From positions 64,001 to 128,000 of the forward strand of contig CAVXGR010000004.1 of the NCBI GenBank assembly GCA_963761335.1: a stretch of DNA of 64,000 nucleotides. Direction: 5' to 3'. Source of the stretch: an uncultured delta proteobacterium. Lineage in GTDB: Bacteria > Desulfobacterota > Binatia > HRBIN30 > BPIQ01. Shown here in pieces: positions 20,552 through 31,075 of this stretch. Made by a program: the position numbers and the translations under genes. A model generated the notes under the pieces. That model saw only the letters and a program-made list of their open reading frames with translations. It ran no database searches and was not told the DNA's origin. Positions within the stretch are counted from its first letter, which is position 1. Each line of letters opens with the position of its first letter.

Positions 20552-21724
20552 TCACCGGCGGTCCCAGATCGCCACCAGCAGTGAGGCGATCATGCCGGCG
20601 CCGGCGGCGGTGAACATCACCGTGTAGCCGGCGGTATCGGCCACGGCGCCGAGGATCGGATTGCCGATGGTGCTGCCGAGATCGAGCATGGCGGTGAACC
20701 AGCTCACGGCGCGGCCGCGCTGTGCCTCGGAGACCTTCTCCACCGTGAGGACGTTGAGAATCGGGAAGGCATAGCCGTGGCCGGCGCCGCAGAGACAGCC
20801 GACGGCGATGAAGGGCGCGGCGGCGAGAACGTGTGGGATGAGAACCAGGCCGATGGCGAAGAGCGCCAGCGCCGGAACCAGCACCCGCCGCAAGCCGACG
20901 CGATCGGGGACGCGGCCGGTGAAGACGCGCACGGCGACGGCGGTGAGAGCGTAGGCGAGGAAGAAGCTGCCGACGCTGCCGCGGCCCTGGACGTAGGCAA
21001 ATGGCGCCAGGAAGGTGAAGATGCTGTTGACGCCGATGCCGAAGAGAAAGGTCGTGGTCAGCACCGGCAGGATGCGCAGGTAGGGGAGCGGCGCTCGCAC
21101 TCTGGGGCCGCCGGCCGAGGAGCGCTGATGCCGCAGCGTTTCCGGCAGGAGCATTGCGAGTGTCATCGAGAGCGCCGCGAAGCCTGCCGCCGCCACGAAG
21201 AAGGCGCCGAAGCCGCTGCGGTGGATCAGCGATTCGCCCAGCAGGGGCCCGAGCCCGTTCGGGAGCATTCCCCCGATGCCGAACATGGCGACGCCTTCGG
21301 CGCGCCGGGAGATGGGCACGATGTCGCTGGCGTAGGTGAAGTAGGAGGCGAAGAGGGCGCCACCGGCGAGCCCGTGTGCGATCACCAGGACGACCGCGGC
21401 GGGGCCGAGGGCGCCGATGGCGGTGAAGCCCAGCCACGAAGCCGTGTGCACCAGCCCGGCCCCCAGCAGCACGCGCCAGCGGCCCTGGGTGTCGAGGAAG
21501 TGGCCGACCGGCAGTCGGACCAGCACGGCGGCGGCGCCGGCGAGACCGGTGTAGATACCGATCGCCAGCTCGTCGCCTCCCAGCTGATGGATGAACAGCG
21601 GAAAGAGAATGTAGAAGGAGAGCGCCATGCCGCCGGTGAAGTGCACGGCGCAGGCGAGCAGGAACTGCCGGGTGAACAGCGGGTCCTGGTCGCGTCTCGG
21701 GGAGCGCAGCGGGGCTGTAGCCAT
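20552..21724 (-). CDS. MFS transporter
   Basis: About 12 hydrophobic segments; motif A variants GHFLDTQGR and GRVPDRVGLRR. Confidence 0.88.
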   Translation of the reverse strand: MATAPLRSPRRDQDPLFTRQFLLACAVHFTGGMALSFYILFPLFIHQLGGDELAIGIYTGLAGAAAVLVRLPVGHFLDTQGRWRVLLGAGLVHTASWLGFTAIGALGPAAVVLVIAHGLAGGALFASYFTYASDIVPISRRAEGVAMFGIGGMLPNGLGPLLGESLIHRSGFGAFFVAAAGFAALSMTLAMLLPETLRHQRSSAGGPRVRAPLPYLRILPVLTTTFLFGIGVNSIFTFLAPFAYVQGRGSVGSFFLAYALTAVAVRVFTGRVPDRVGLRRVLVPALALFAIGLVLIPHVLAAAPFIAVGCLCGAGHGYAFPILNVLTVEKVSEAQRGRAVSWFTAMLDLGSTIGNPILGAVADTAGYTVMFTAAGAGMIASLLVAIWDRR

Positions 21725-21863
21725 GGACTCGGAAGTGTCTGGTGGCAGCAGTCAGACCGCCGCTGGCGTTCTTTAGCAAGGCACCGCCGCCACTGTCACG
21801 CGGACAACCTGCCCGCGGCACCTTTTCTTGACGGCGATGGGCCGCTCTTCTAGGCTCAAGCCG

Positions 21864-22340
21864 ATGCCTGTGCCCTTTCCCTCGGTGGAGTTCTTCCAGG
21901 CGCTCCGCCAGCAGATGTTGATCGAGCACGAGCGCTTCAGCCGTCTCGGCTACTTCGACAGCACCTTCGGCATCCGCGTGCGCAGCCAGGCGCTAGCCGA
22001 GGGGCGTGCCGACTTCGTGCTCCACTTCGAGGTCTTCGAGTGTGTCGAGGCACGCGCCAGCCGGGACGTCACCGAGGAGAAGCTGGACTTCGTCCTCGAC
22101 GGCGAGCTCGAGGCCTGGGAGGAGATGCTGCGCAACATCAAGGAGCACGGTGCCGCCGACAGCGAGCACAGCATCAACACCCTGACCCATTTCGGTGAGG
22201 GCCTGAAGCTGCTCTACGACGACCCGGACGGGCACGACAAGCTCTATCGCTTTGCCGAGAGCGTGCAGGAGTTCTTCGATCTGTCCAGCCGGCTGGAGAT
22301 CGAGTTTCCCGGCTCCGGCGCCGCGGCGGAGCGGCCGTGA
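21864..22340 (+). CDS. Hypothetical protein, SCP2 (sterol carrier)-like by pattern
   Basis: FPSVEFFQAL N-terminus and DFVLDGELEAW pattern resemble SCP2-like proteins; normal codon usage. Confidence 0.55.
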   Translation: MPVPFPSVEFFQALRQQMLIEHERFSRLGYFDSTFGIRVRSQALAEGRADFVLHFEVFECVEARASRDVTEEKLDFVLDGELEAWEEMLRNIKEHGAADSEHSINTLTHFGEGLKLLYDDPDGHDKLYRFAESVQEFFDLSSRLEIEFPGSGAAAERP

Positions 22341-22356
22341 CCCAGGGAGAGCGACG

Positions 22357-23494
22357 ATGAGCTATCTCAGCACCATCGACTTCTTCGAGGACAAGGGCTT
22401 TCGTCGACAAGTACCGCTACACCATGCGCACCGGGGAGCTGGACCTGTCCTGGATGGAGGCGCCGCACCGAGAAGGTGAAATGCGAGCCCGCCAACCCGC
22501 GCCGCGGGCTGACCTTCCGCGACCTCGACGTCGGCTCCTACGGATTCACCGAGATGCCCGAGCTCATCCGCGACAACCGCTGCTTCGCGCCGCGCGGCGC
22601 CGAGATCCCGCGAGGGTTGCCCGGACCTGCAGGCCGAGGTGAGCCGCAAGAGCGAGGTGTGGGCGTACAACATCGAGGGGTACTACGAGGAGGCGATGAC
22701 GCGGCAGTGGAACGCCACCACCGACGTCCCCTGGGCGGAGCTCGCGGCAAGTACGAGCTGCCCGAGGAGATCGGCAAGGCCTACTCGCAGCTGCTCACCT
22801 TTCTCACCGAGGTGGAGATGATCGCCACCGACGTCCCGGCCAAGTGGCTGGGCCGCCTGAACGCCGATTTCTTCGAGGTGAAGAGCTTATCGCCACGCAG
22901 GCGATGGACGAGGCGCGCCACGCCGAGGTGTTCCGCAAGCGCGCCCTGACCACCGGCTGGGGCCTGATGCGCGCCAGCCTGCGCCAACGAGCACAACCTC
23001 AAGTTCCTGCGCGACGCCGATAGCTTCGCCGAGACCTCCCTGACCCTGCACCTGCAGGCCGAGGGCATGGTGCTGACCCTCTTCCGCTTCAGCGAGTACA
23101 TCAGCCCGACCGATGTCGACAAGAAGACTGTTCCGCCTGGTGATGCAGGACGAGGCGCGCCACGTCGGCTACGGCATGCAGCACCTGCGCTGGGTCCTCG
23201 ACCACTTCCCCGAGAAGCGCGAGATCATCCACCGCCACCTCGACGAGGCCGAGAACTTCGTCTTCGGCGGCGGCTATGCCACCGAGGTGCTCGAGCCTTT
23301 CATCATCCTCTCCGGCAAGGGCTTGAAGAAGGAGAACATCGCAGGAAGGCCTCCGGATCACCGCAGCAGTTCCAGACCTGAAGCAGATCGAGGAGTACTT
23401 CGAGCGCCTCGACAAGTGCGGCATGCCGGAGCGGCGGGAGCGCTCGAAGCTGCACAAGGTCACGGAGATGGCCAAGCTCGGCCAGGCGACCTGA
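22357..23494 (+). CDS. Ferritin-like di-iron carboxylate protein, full ligand set (frameshifted in this sequence)
   Basis: Stitched across frames: MSYLSTIDFFEDKG...YEEAMTRQWNATTDVPW...FLTEVEMIA...MDEARHAEVFRKRA...LQAEGMV...MQDEARHVGYG...KLGQAT*. Several single-base frameshifts. Confidence 0.75.
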
Positions 23495-23511
23495 GGGGCC
23501 CGTCGGCGGCC

Positions 23512-24630
23512 ATGGCCTACTTCGCCGGCAAAGACTTCTTCGAAGACCCGGAGCTGATGGCGCTGCAGCAGCGCATCATGTCCGGAGACCTGACCCTCGG
23601 CTGGTACGAGGCGCGCGACCGAGAAGGTCCGCTGCGTCCCGCGCCAGGACCCGAGCCGCGGCTTCACCTACGAGGACTGCAACGTCGGCAGCTACGGCTA
23701 CGACCGCATTCCCGAGTTCATCCGCAACCACTACAGCATGGCCTCGCGCGGCTCGGAGATCGTCCCGGGGCTGCCTGTCATCGGCTACATGATCAGCCGC
23801 AAGAGCGACGTCTGGTCGGACGAACGTCGCCGCCCTCTACGAGGAGTCGAAGGCGCGGCGCTGGGCGCCGGCGGTGGACATGCCGTGGGCGCAGCTCAGC
23901 GAGCGGCCGCTGCCGCCGCCGCTCGAGGCGGCGATGAGTCAGCTGTGCACCGCCCTCGAGGAGATCTCCCTGGTCCTCCTGGAGATGCCGTCGCGGTGGG
24001 TGTTCTCCATCAACCAGGACTTTCTCGAGCTGAAGAGCTATCTCTGCGCCCAGATGATCGACGAGGCGCGCCACGTCGAGGTCTTCCGCAAGCGGGCGCT
24101 CGCCGGCGGCAGCGGTCTGAAGCGCGCCAGCGCCGCGGATCGGAGCAGGCGCTCAAGGAGATCCTCTTCGCGGAGACCTATCCGGAGGCATCGCTCAGCT
24201 GCAACGTCATGCTCGACAGCCTGGTGCTCGGCATCTTCCGCCACATGGCGGCGGTGGCCCCGAGCCGCGTCGAGGAGAGGATCTTCCGGCTGTCGATGCA
24301 GGACACCGCCCGCGAGCTCGCCTACGGCGTCGGCCAGCTGCGCTATCACCTGCAGCATCAGCCGGCGCGGGCCAGCGCCCTGCAGGACTATCTCGACCGC
24401 AGCGAGCACACCCTGCTCGGCATTGCCGGCAGCCCCGAGCTCATGGAGCCACTGATCGTCCTCTCCGGCGGCGGCACCGCCAGGGAGCAGCTCGAGCGCG
24501 GTGCCCGCCGCGTGCGCCATGCGTATGGTCGCGCCATCGTCGAGTACCTGCAGCGCACCGCCGCTGCCGGGCTCGAGCGGCGCGGCCGCAGCCGCCTGCC
24601 ACAGTTCTTCGACGTCGGCGCCGGAACCTA
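23512..24630 (+). CDS. Ferritin-like paralogue with degenerate iron ligands (frameshifted; 3' end uncertain)
   Basis: MAYFAGKDFFED...YEESKARRWAPAVDMPW...IDEARHVEVFRKRA...MQDTARELAYG; collinear with the upstream gene. No in-frame stop before the convergent gene. Confidence 0.7.
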
Positions 24631-25614
24631 CGGCATCTCCAGGGCGGCGACCTCGACGGCGCGGCCCTCGGCGGCGGAGCGAACGCAGGCGTCGGCGATG
24701 GCCACAGCGCGCAGCCCCTCGATGAGAGGAATGGGGACGGGACGCGAGGCGAGGATGGCATCGGCGAAATCCCGCATGACCTCGAGGACGGTGGGGACGG
24801 GTGGTGCCACCTCGATCGATGTCAGGCGCGTGCCGACGACGATTCCGGCGCTGGCGTGCACATGGTCCCCCTGCAGCAGGCCGTCGCGGCCGACGAGCTC
24901 GATCGGCCCGGTGCGACTGTGGGTGGCGCGCGAGCCGGCGACCGAGGCGAGCACGCCGCCGCGAAGCCGTAGCGTCGCCGCGAAGTTGTCCTCGGTGGTG
25001 GTGGTCTCCACGCAATCGGCCTCGCAGAGGACGCGCTCCACCTCGAGGTCGGTGAGCAGGCGGGTGAGATCGAAGCTGTGCACGCCGGTGTGCAGGATCA
25101 TGCCGCCGCCGGAGATCTCGGGCGTGTCGATCCAGCCGAGGGGCGACGGCTCGAAGCGCTGGCTCAGGCGCAGGGCATGGATCGGCCCGATCTGCGGGCG
25201 CGCCTGCTGAATGGCGCGCACCACCGAGTTGTAGCGCAGCGTCTGCGCCACCATCAGCGGCGCGCGGGCGTGCCCGAGGAGATCCAGCATCTGCCGCGCC
25301 GCCGCGAGCGAGGCGGCGGCGGGCTTCTCGAAAAGCGCCGGCTTCCCGGCGGCGACGATATCGGCGCAGATGGTCGGGTGTAGCGTCGGCGGTACCACCA
25401 CCACCAGCGCTTCGACGTCGGGCGCCGCAATGAGCTCGCGGTAGTCCTCGAACGCCCGGCAGCCGAGGGCGGCGGCCTGCTCCGCGGCCTTGCGGCGATC
25501 GCGGCGCGCCAGGCCGACCAGGCGCACCAGCTCTCCCAGATCCTCACGGATGTGACGCGCGTAGCGCGAGCCGTGCTTGCCGGTGCCGATCAGCCCCACC
25601 CCGAGCGGCGTCAT
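24628..25614 (-). CDS. Gfo/Idh/MocA family oxidoreductase
   Basis: GLIGTGKHG, FEKPAA, GGGMILHTGVHSFD. Confidence 0.9.
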   Translation of the reverse strand: MTPLGVGLIGTGKHGSRYARHIREDLGELVRLVGLARRDRRKAAEQAAALGCRAFEDYRELIAAPDVEALVVVVPPTLHPTICADIVAAGKPALFEKPAAASLAAARQMLDLLGHARAPLMVAQTLRYNSVVRAIQQARPQIGPIHALRLSQRFEPSPLGWIDTPEISGGGMILHTGVHSFDLTRLLTDLEVERVLCEADCVETTTTEDNFAATLRLRGGVLASVAGSRATHSRTGPIELVGRDGLLQGDHVHASAGIVVGTRLTSIEVAPPVPTVLEVMRDFADAILASRPVPIPLIEGLRAVAIADACVRSAAEGRAVEVAALEMP

Positions 25615-25710
25615 GCGCCGCTCATACCAGGGATGGGAGGGTCAGGGTAGGGGCGGATCGAGGCCCGCGAACGAGCCTGCACCCTCCGCCGCTGCAGTCG
25701 CAATCGCTTC

Positions 25711-27569
25711 CTACGGCGTGGTCGTCGGAGTCTCCATCGGCGTGATCGTCGAAGTCGCGAGCGGCGTGGCCGTCGCAGTGACCGCCGGCGTGGTCGTGGC
25801 AGTATTGACCGGGGTTACCGTGGCGGTATCGACCGGGGTTACCGTGGCGGTATCGACCGGGGTTGCCGTGGCGGTGTCGACCGGGGTTGCCGTGGCGGTA
25901 TCGACCGGGGTTACCGTGGCGGTATCGACCGGGGTTGCCGTGGCAGTATCGACCGGGGTTACCGTGGCGGTATCGACCGGCGTCGTCGTGGGGGTCTCCG
26001 TCGGCGTCTCCGTCGGGGTCTCCGTCGGAGTGATCGTCGGCGTATCGGTGGGTGTCGCCGTGGGCGTATCCGTCGGCGTGCTCGTCGGAGTGTCCGTCGG
26101 TGTCGCGGTCGGGGTCTCCGTCGGCGTGCTCGTCGGCGTGTCCGTCGGTGTCGCGGTCGGGGTTTCCGTTGGCGTGCTCGTCGGCGTGTCCGTCGGGGTC
26201 GCGGTCGGAGTCTGCGTCGGAGTGTCGGACGGTGTCGCGGTCGGGGTATCCGTCGGTGTGCTCGTCGGGGTGTCGGTCGGAGTCTCCGTCGGAGTGTCGG
26301 TCGGCGTCACCGTCGGCGTATCCGTCGGAGTGTCCGTCGGGGTCGCTGTCGGGGTCTCCGTGGGTGTGCTCGTCGGAGTATCCGTCGGCGTTTCGGTGGA
26401 GTCTCCGTAGGCGTGGACGTAGGCGTGTCGTGGGCGTACTCGTCGGGGTGTTCGTCGGCGTCGAGGTCGGGGTCTCCGTGGGTGTGGTCGTCGGCGTTTG
26501 CGTCGGGGTAGTGGTCGGTGTCCGGTCGGCGTGTGCGTCGGCGTCGACGTCGGGGTGTTCGTGGGCGTCGTCGTCGGTGTTTGCGTCGGTGTGCTGGTCG
26601 GTGTCGAGGTCGGCGTGTGCGTCGGCGTCGACGTCGGGGTGTTCGTGGGCGTCGTCGTCGGTGTAGTGGTCGGTGTCGAGGTCGGCGTGCTGGTGGGGGT
26701 AGACGTCGGCGTGTCCGCTGGCGCCACCGCGTCAATCAGGTTCACGAGGTCGAAGCGGAAATACAGGTTGGTCGCATCCACTGCGGCAAAGACGGCGGCG
26801 ATGTCCTCGCCCGGGTCGCTGATGGTGCTGTCCCCGGTCCGATCCACGGCGAGCGGCGGTGTGGCCCCCCAGTCGCCCACCTGCCCGTCGAGAACGATGG
26901 TGAGGAACGCCGCCGTGGCGACCGTGGCCGCCAGCACGAGTAGCGCGACGGCGAGCAGCACGCGCTGCGGTCTGCCGCTTTCGCAGGATGGCGAAGGCCA
27001 GCGCCGAGAAGGAGCAGCACGGCGGCACCGAGCCCCCAGCCACTCAAGGCCGGTGCCGGAGATCTCTGGGTCAGGTCGAATAAGATCGGCCCTCCGGTCG
27101 GAAAGCCATTGCTGGTGGCGAGCACGTCGCTGGCGCCGGAGATGGTTGCGTAGAAGACCATGCGGACGGCAGTCGGGTTCCCAAGCGCCGCTCTCGAGAT
27201 CGCCGCCTCGACGACGTCGGCGCCGGCGTAGCCGTTGTCGAGACCGACCGGCCAGCTTCCCGGATTTACGAGGATCGGGGCGCCGTAGCTGCCGGCGGTG
27301 CACTCCCGGCGGGAGATGCCGGTGACGGTGGCCGAAGTCGGGCCGGTGCGGGTGACGGCAACGATCACCTGCTGGTCGATGCCCTGCACCAGAACCGGCC
27401 CGTTGGCGTCGCTGAGCGTCTGGTTGCAGCCGGTAGCGCTGTTCTGGTCGGTATCGATGTAGACGCGGTACTCGTACATGGTGGAGGGCGGCACGGCGTG
27501 TGCCGCCGGCGCTCCCACAGCCAAGATGGCGAGAATACCCAGTCCGAATCGCATTTTCTTGATCCCCAT
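25711..27569 (-). CDS. Secreted/membrane protein with internal IPTL-CTERM-like helix and long Thr-Pro tail (frameshifted)
   Basis: Signal peptide [45 protein letters not shown]; frameshift near 27000; [18 protein letters not shown], then (TPT[S/D/E/T])n. Confidence 0.7.
25790..26715 (-). repeat. Coding tandem repeats: 24-bp (VDTAT[V/A]TP) and 12-bp (TPTx) units
   Basis: gtggcggtatcgaccggggttacc repeats at about 25790-25980 followed by degenerate 12-bp units. Confidence 0.85.
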
Positions 27570-27779
27570 CGTCCCGTCTCCTTCCAGCGCGGGCGGCAAG
27601 CTACCAGATTGACGCAGGGAGACAAGGCGCCATGAGGCCCCACTGAATCAATCGCCGAGGCGTTCGTCTTGGTATGGGAACGGCTCGGCCCGCGGCTTGA
27701 CCTGGCGTCAAAAAGGTAGCAGCCTATGCGGCTAAGCTCGCATCGCATCACCCAAACCAACCAGGGGAGGTTTTGAAGA

Positions 27780-28643
27780 ATGAAGAGAATTGCGGCAGTC
27801 GTCGCGACATTGGGGAGTCTGAGCCTCCTGCTCGGCAGTCTGGCCTTTGTCCCTCCCGCTCACGCAGCGGACAACCACGATCAGCTGATCAATTACTTCC
27901 GCAAGAAGTCGAACCTCGGGCCGAACACCCCGGTATCGGTAACCGACATCAAGAGCTCGCCGATCAAGGGAGCCAAAGAGGGCACCATCCAGATCGGCAA
28001 TCCGCCACAGGTGAAGAAGATGCCGTTCGTCATGTCCGATGACGGCCGCTACGTCGTCTTCGGCGACATCGAGGACCTGACCGTGGATCCGTTCAAGTCG
28101 GTGATGGAGAAGATCGACCTGAAGAACGAGCACGCCAAGGGTCCCGCCAACGCCAAGGTGACCATCGTCGAGTACTCCGACTTCGAGTGCCCGTTCTGCA
28201 GCCGTGGCTACGACACCATCGAGAACCACGTGCTGAAGGACTACGGCGACAAGGTGCGCTTCGTCTACAAGCAGTTCCCGTTGAGCTTCCACCCCTGGGC
28301 GCAGGCGGCGGCGATCTCCGCGAAGTGCGCCGGTGTTCAGAACGCGGACGCGTACTGGAAGCTGTACAACTACTACTTCCAGCATCAGAAAGAGATCAAT
28401 CCGCAGAACCTCAAGGAGAAGACCGACGAGGTCCTGAAGGGCGCCAAGATCGACAAGAAGAAGTTCGACACCTGCGTCGACAACAAGGAGACGCTGGACG
28501 CCATCAAGGCCGACATCGCCGAGGGGCAGTCCGTGGGGGTCACCGGGACGCCGGGCTTCATCGTCAACGGCCGCTTGGTGAGCGGTGCGCAGCCCTACGA
28601 GGTCTTCAAGAACATCATCGACTCCGAGCTGGCCAGCAAGTAA
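27780..28643 (+). CDS. DsbA-family thioredoxin-fold protein
   Basis: Signal peptide, EYSDFECPFC, FPLSFH, GVTGTPGFIVNG, GAQPY. Confidence 0.92.
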   Translation: MKRIAAVVATLGSLSLLLGSLAFVPPAHAADNHDQLINYFRKKSNLGPNTPVSVTDIKSSPIKGAKEGTIQIGNPPQVKKMPFVMSDDGRYVVFGDIEDLTVDPFKSVMEKIDLKNEHAKGPANAKVTIVEYSDFECPFCSRGYDTIENHVLKDYGDKVRFVYKQFPLSFHPWAQAAAISAKCAGVQNADAYWKLYNYYFQHQKEINPQNLKEKTDEVLKGAKIDKKKFDTCVDNKETLDAIKADIAEGQSVGVTGTPGFIVNGRLVSGAQPYEVFKNIIDSELASK

Positions 28644-28656
28644 GCAGCATCGCCTC

Positions 28657-28736
28657 GGGGACAGGCTCCTCTTCGGCGCGCGATTCCGCTCGCAAACAAG
28701 TCGTTGCCCGCCGTTGCCGAAAAGGTGCCTGTCCCC
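28657..28736. repeat. GGGGACAGGC...GCCTGTCCCC palindromic repeat between convergent genes
   Basis: Same family as 9706-9866; fills most of the intergenic gap, possibly a terminator. Confidence 0.75.
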
Positions 28737-28740
28737 ACTC

Positions 28741-29532
28741 CTACTTGCCGCTGAACTGCGGCGGCCGCTTGTCGCGGAACGCCGCCACGGCCTCGGCGTG
28801 GTCGCGGGTGCGGTAGAGATAGTCGAGAGTGTAGGACTCGGAGCGCACCTGGGCCTCGAAGGTCTGCTCGAGCCCCTGGTAGAGGGCCTGGCGCGTCAGC
28901 GCCAGTGACAGCGGCGCGCACTGCGCCATCTCCGCCGCCAGGGCGCGCGCCGCCGGCAGGAGCTCCTCGGCGGCGACCACGCGGTTGACGAGGGCGCGCT
29001 CGAGGTCCTCCACCTCGTACAGCTTGCCGGTCAGCATCAGCTCGCAAGCGCGGCCGATGCCCACCAGGCGCGGCAGAAGAAAGGTCGAGCCGAGCTCGGC
29101 CATCACCCCCATTCGCGGGAAGACGAACCCCATCTTCGTCCCGGCGGCGGCGATGCGAACGTCGCAGAGCAGTGTCATAGTGCAGCCGACGCCGATGGCA
29201 TAGCCGTGGATGGTGGCGATCACCGGCTTCGACAGGCGCCGCATCAGCAGCGGGAAGTCCTCGACCCGCCCGGGGCCGCCGCTGCCGTCGGCGCCGGTGC
29301 CGCCGCCGGAATCGATCTGCGCCTGGAAGAAGCTCATGTCGGCACCGGCGCAGAAGGCGCGGCCGCTGCCGGTGAGGATCACGGCGCGCACCTGCGGGTT
29401 GCGGTCGGCGGCGCGAAACGCCTCCAGCAGCTCGCTGCCCATACGCGGAATCCAGGCGTTCAGCCGTTGCGGTCGGTTCAGAGACAGGGTGGCGATCCCC
29501 TGTTCCACGTCCACGGTGAGGGTCTCGTACAT
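28741..29532 (-). CDS. Enoyl-CoA hydratase/isomerase
   Basis: LNRPQRLNA, GRAFCAGAD, KPVIATIHGYAIGVG, AFRDKRPPQF. Confidence 0.93.
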   Translation of the reverse strand: MYETLTVDVEQGIATLSLNRPQRLNAWIPRMGSELLEAFRAADRNPQVRAVILTGSGRAFCAGADMSFFQAQIDSGGGTGADGSGGPGRVEDFPLLMRRLSKPVIATIHGYAIGVGCTMTLLCDVRIAAAGTKMGFVFPRMGVMAELGSTFLLPRLVGIGRACELMLTGKLYEVEDLERALVNRVVAAEELLPAARALAAEMAQCAPLSLALTRQALYQGLEQTFEAQVRSESYTLDYLYRTRDHAEAVAAFRDKRPPQFSGK

Positions 29533-29632
29533 GGGATGTCCTCCGCGCCTGTGCGTACTCCCAGGCGCGCTTGCAATGCAACGGCGGAACACACGAGAAT
29601 GCGGCAATCTCGCCCGAGAGGGAGCCCGTTTC

Positions 29633-30946
29633 ATGCCGAACGCCGAGGAGCCGCGGCCGCGCGTCGCCTGTGACTCGATGGTGGCGCTGCCCGCCGCCAC
29701 CGCCGACGGTGCGGCGCTGCTCGCCAAGAACAGCGATCGGCCGGCCGACGAGGCGCAGCCGCTCGTCCACGTGCTGCGCCGGCGCCACGACGCCGCCTCG
29801 CGGCTGCGCTGCCAGTACATCGAGATCGATCAAGTGGCGGAGACGGCCGCGGTCATCGGCTCGCGACCCTTCTGGCTCTGGGGCTTCGAGCACGGGCTCA
29901 ACGAGCACGGCGTCGCCATCGGCAATCACACCGTCTTCAGCCGCGACCCGGTCGAGGGAAAGGGACTGATCGGCATGGACCTGGTGCGCCTCGGCCTCGA
30001 GCGCGCCAAGACTGCTGCGGAAGCGGTCGAGATCATTGCGGGGCTGGTCGAGCGCTTCGGGCAGGGCGGGTCCGGCTACTTCGACAAGGACTGGGCGTAC
30101 CACAACTCTTTCCTGATCGGTGATCGCTGCAGCGCCTTCCTGCTGGAGACCTCGGACCGCCTGTGGGCGGTGCGCCGCATCGAGACCACCGGCAGCGCCT
30201 CCAACCACCTGACCATCGGCTCGGACTGGGAGGCGCTGTCTCCCGGCACCATCGAGCACGCCGTCGACCGGGGGTGGTGGGCGGAAGACGCGGGCGGGAG
30301 GTTCGACTTCTCCGGTGCCTTCCGCGATACCAGCATGGCGCCGGAGATCATCTCCAGCGGCCGTCATCGGCAGACGTGTGCGGCGCTGGCGCGCCAGCGC
30401 GGCCGCTTGACCGTGCCCCTTCTGCGCGCCGCTCTCCGCGACCACTACGACAGCGGTGCCCTGTACCGCCGGCAGTACACGCCTGACGACGAGCGCTACT
30501 ACGGCGTCTGCATGCACGCGGATCCCGTGGGCACGACCACCGCCAGCATGATTGCCCACCTGCCGCCGGGCGAGGATGCGGTGACGACTTACTGGGGTAG
30601 CCTCGGATCGCCGTGCGTCGGGGTGTTTCTGCCGTTCTACCTCGACGGCGGTGTCCCCGAGGTGCTCGGCCGCGGGGGCGAGCGGCCGTCGTCGGACTCC
30701 CCGTGGTGGGGCTTCAAGCGACTCCTCGGTACGGTCGAGAAGGACCCGCAGCGGGCCGGAGCAGTGCGCGCCCGCTGGGACGCGCTCGAGGCGCGTCTCG
30801 ACATCGAGGCGGTGGAGGTGGAGGAACGGGCTCGCGACCTGCGCCGCCGGGGCCATTCGGAGCGCGCCGCCGCTGAGCTGCGACAGCTCTCCGAGCGCGC
30901 CGTGGCCGAGGCGCTGGGCGAGCTGGGGAGAATGTTGGAGGGTTGA
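29633..30946 (+). CDS. C69 family dipeptidase (secernin-like, Ntn fold)
   Basis: CDSMVAL, AKNSDRP, SRPFWLWGFEHGLNEHGVAIGN, GMDLVRLGLER, CMH. Confidence 0.88.
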   Translation: MPNAEEPRPRVACDSMVALPAATADGAALLAKNSDRPADEAQPLVHVLRRRHDAASRLRCQYIEIDQVAETAAVIGSRPFWLWGFEHGLNEHGVAIGNHTVFSRDPVEGKGLIGMDLVRLGLERAKTAAEAVEIIAGLVERFGQGGSGYFDKDWAYHNSFLIGDRCSAFLLETSDRLWAVRRIETTGSASNHLTIGSDWEALSPGTIEHAVDRGWWAEDAGGRFDFSGAFRDTSMAPEIISSGRHRQTCAALARQRGRLTVPLLRAALRDHYDSGALYRRQYTPDDERYYGVCMHADPVGTTTASMIAHLPPGEDAVTTYWGSLGSPCVGVFLPFYLDGGVPEVLGRGGERPSSDSPWWGFKRLLGTVEKDPQRAGAVRARWDALEARLDIEAVEVEERARDLRRRGHSERAAAELRQLSERAVAEALGELGRMLEG

Positions 30947-30971
30947 AGGGTTTCGGGTTATCGGGAATCCG

Positions 30972-31020
30972 AGTGACTCGGTGACTCGGTGACCCGGTAA
31001 CCCGGAACCTGACAACTCGG
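30972..31020. repeat. Degenerate 8-bp tandem repeat (GTGACTCG)n
   Basis: gtgactcggtgactcggtgacccggtaacccgg just after the stop codon. Confidence 0.6.
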
Positions 31021-31075
31021 TAGCCCGCGATGCGGCGGTTTGCGCCGCTGGCGCTCTGTGCTACGGTCGCCGACG

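Noticed and set aside
23738..25210. 490-aa ORF overlapping the Gfo/Idh/MocA gene by about 580 bp
   Set aside because: Chimeric frame of the frameshifted ferritin-like gene; the tail is antisense read-through, probably from a lost stop.
25577..26666. Val/Gly-rich plus-strand ORFs (also the 3295-4272 minus-strand ORF)
   Set aside because: Antisense shadows of Thr/Pro coding repeats.
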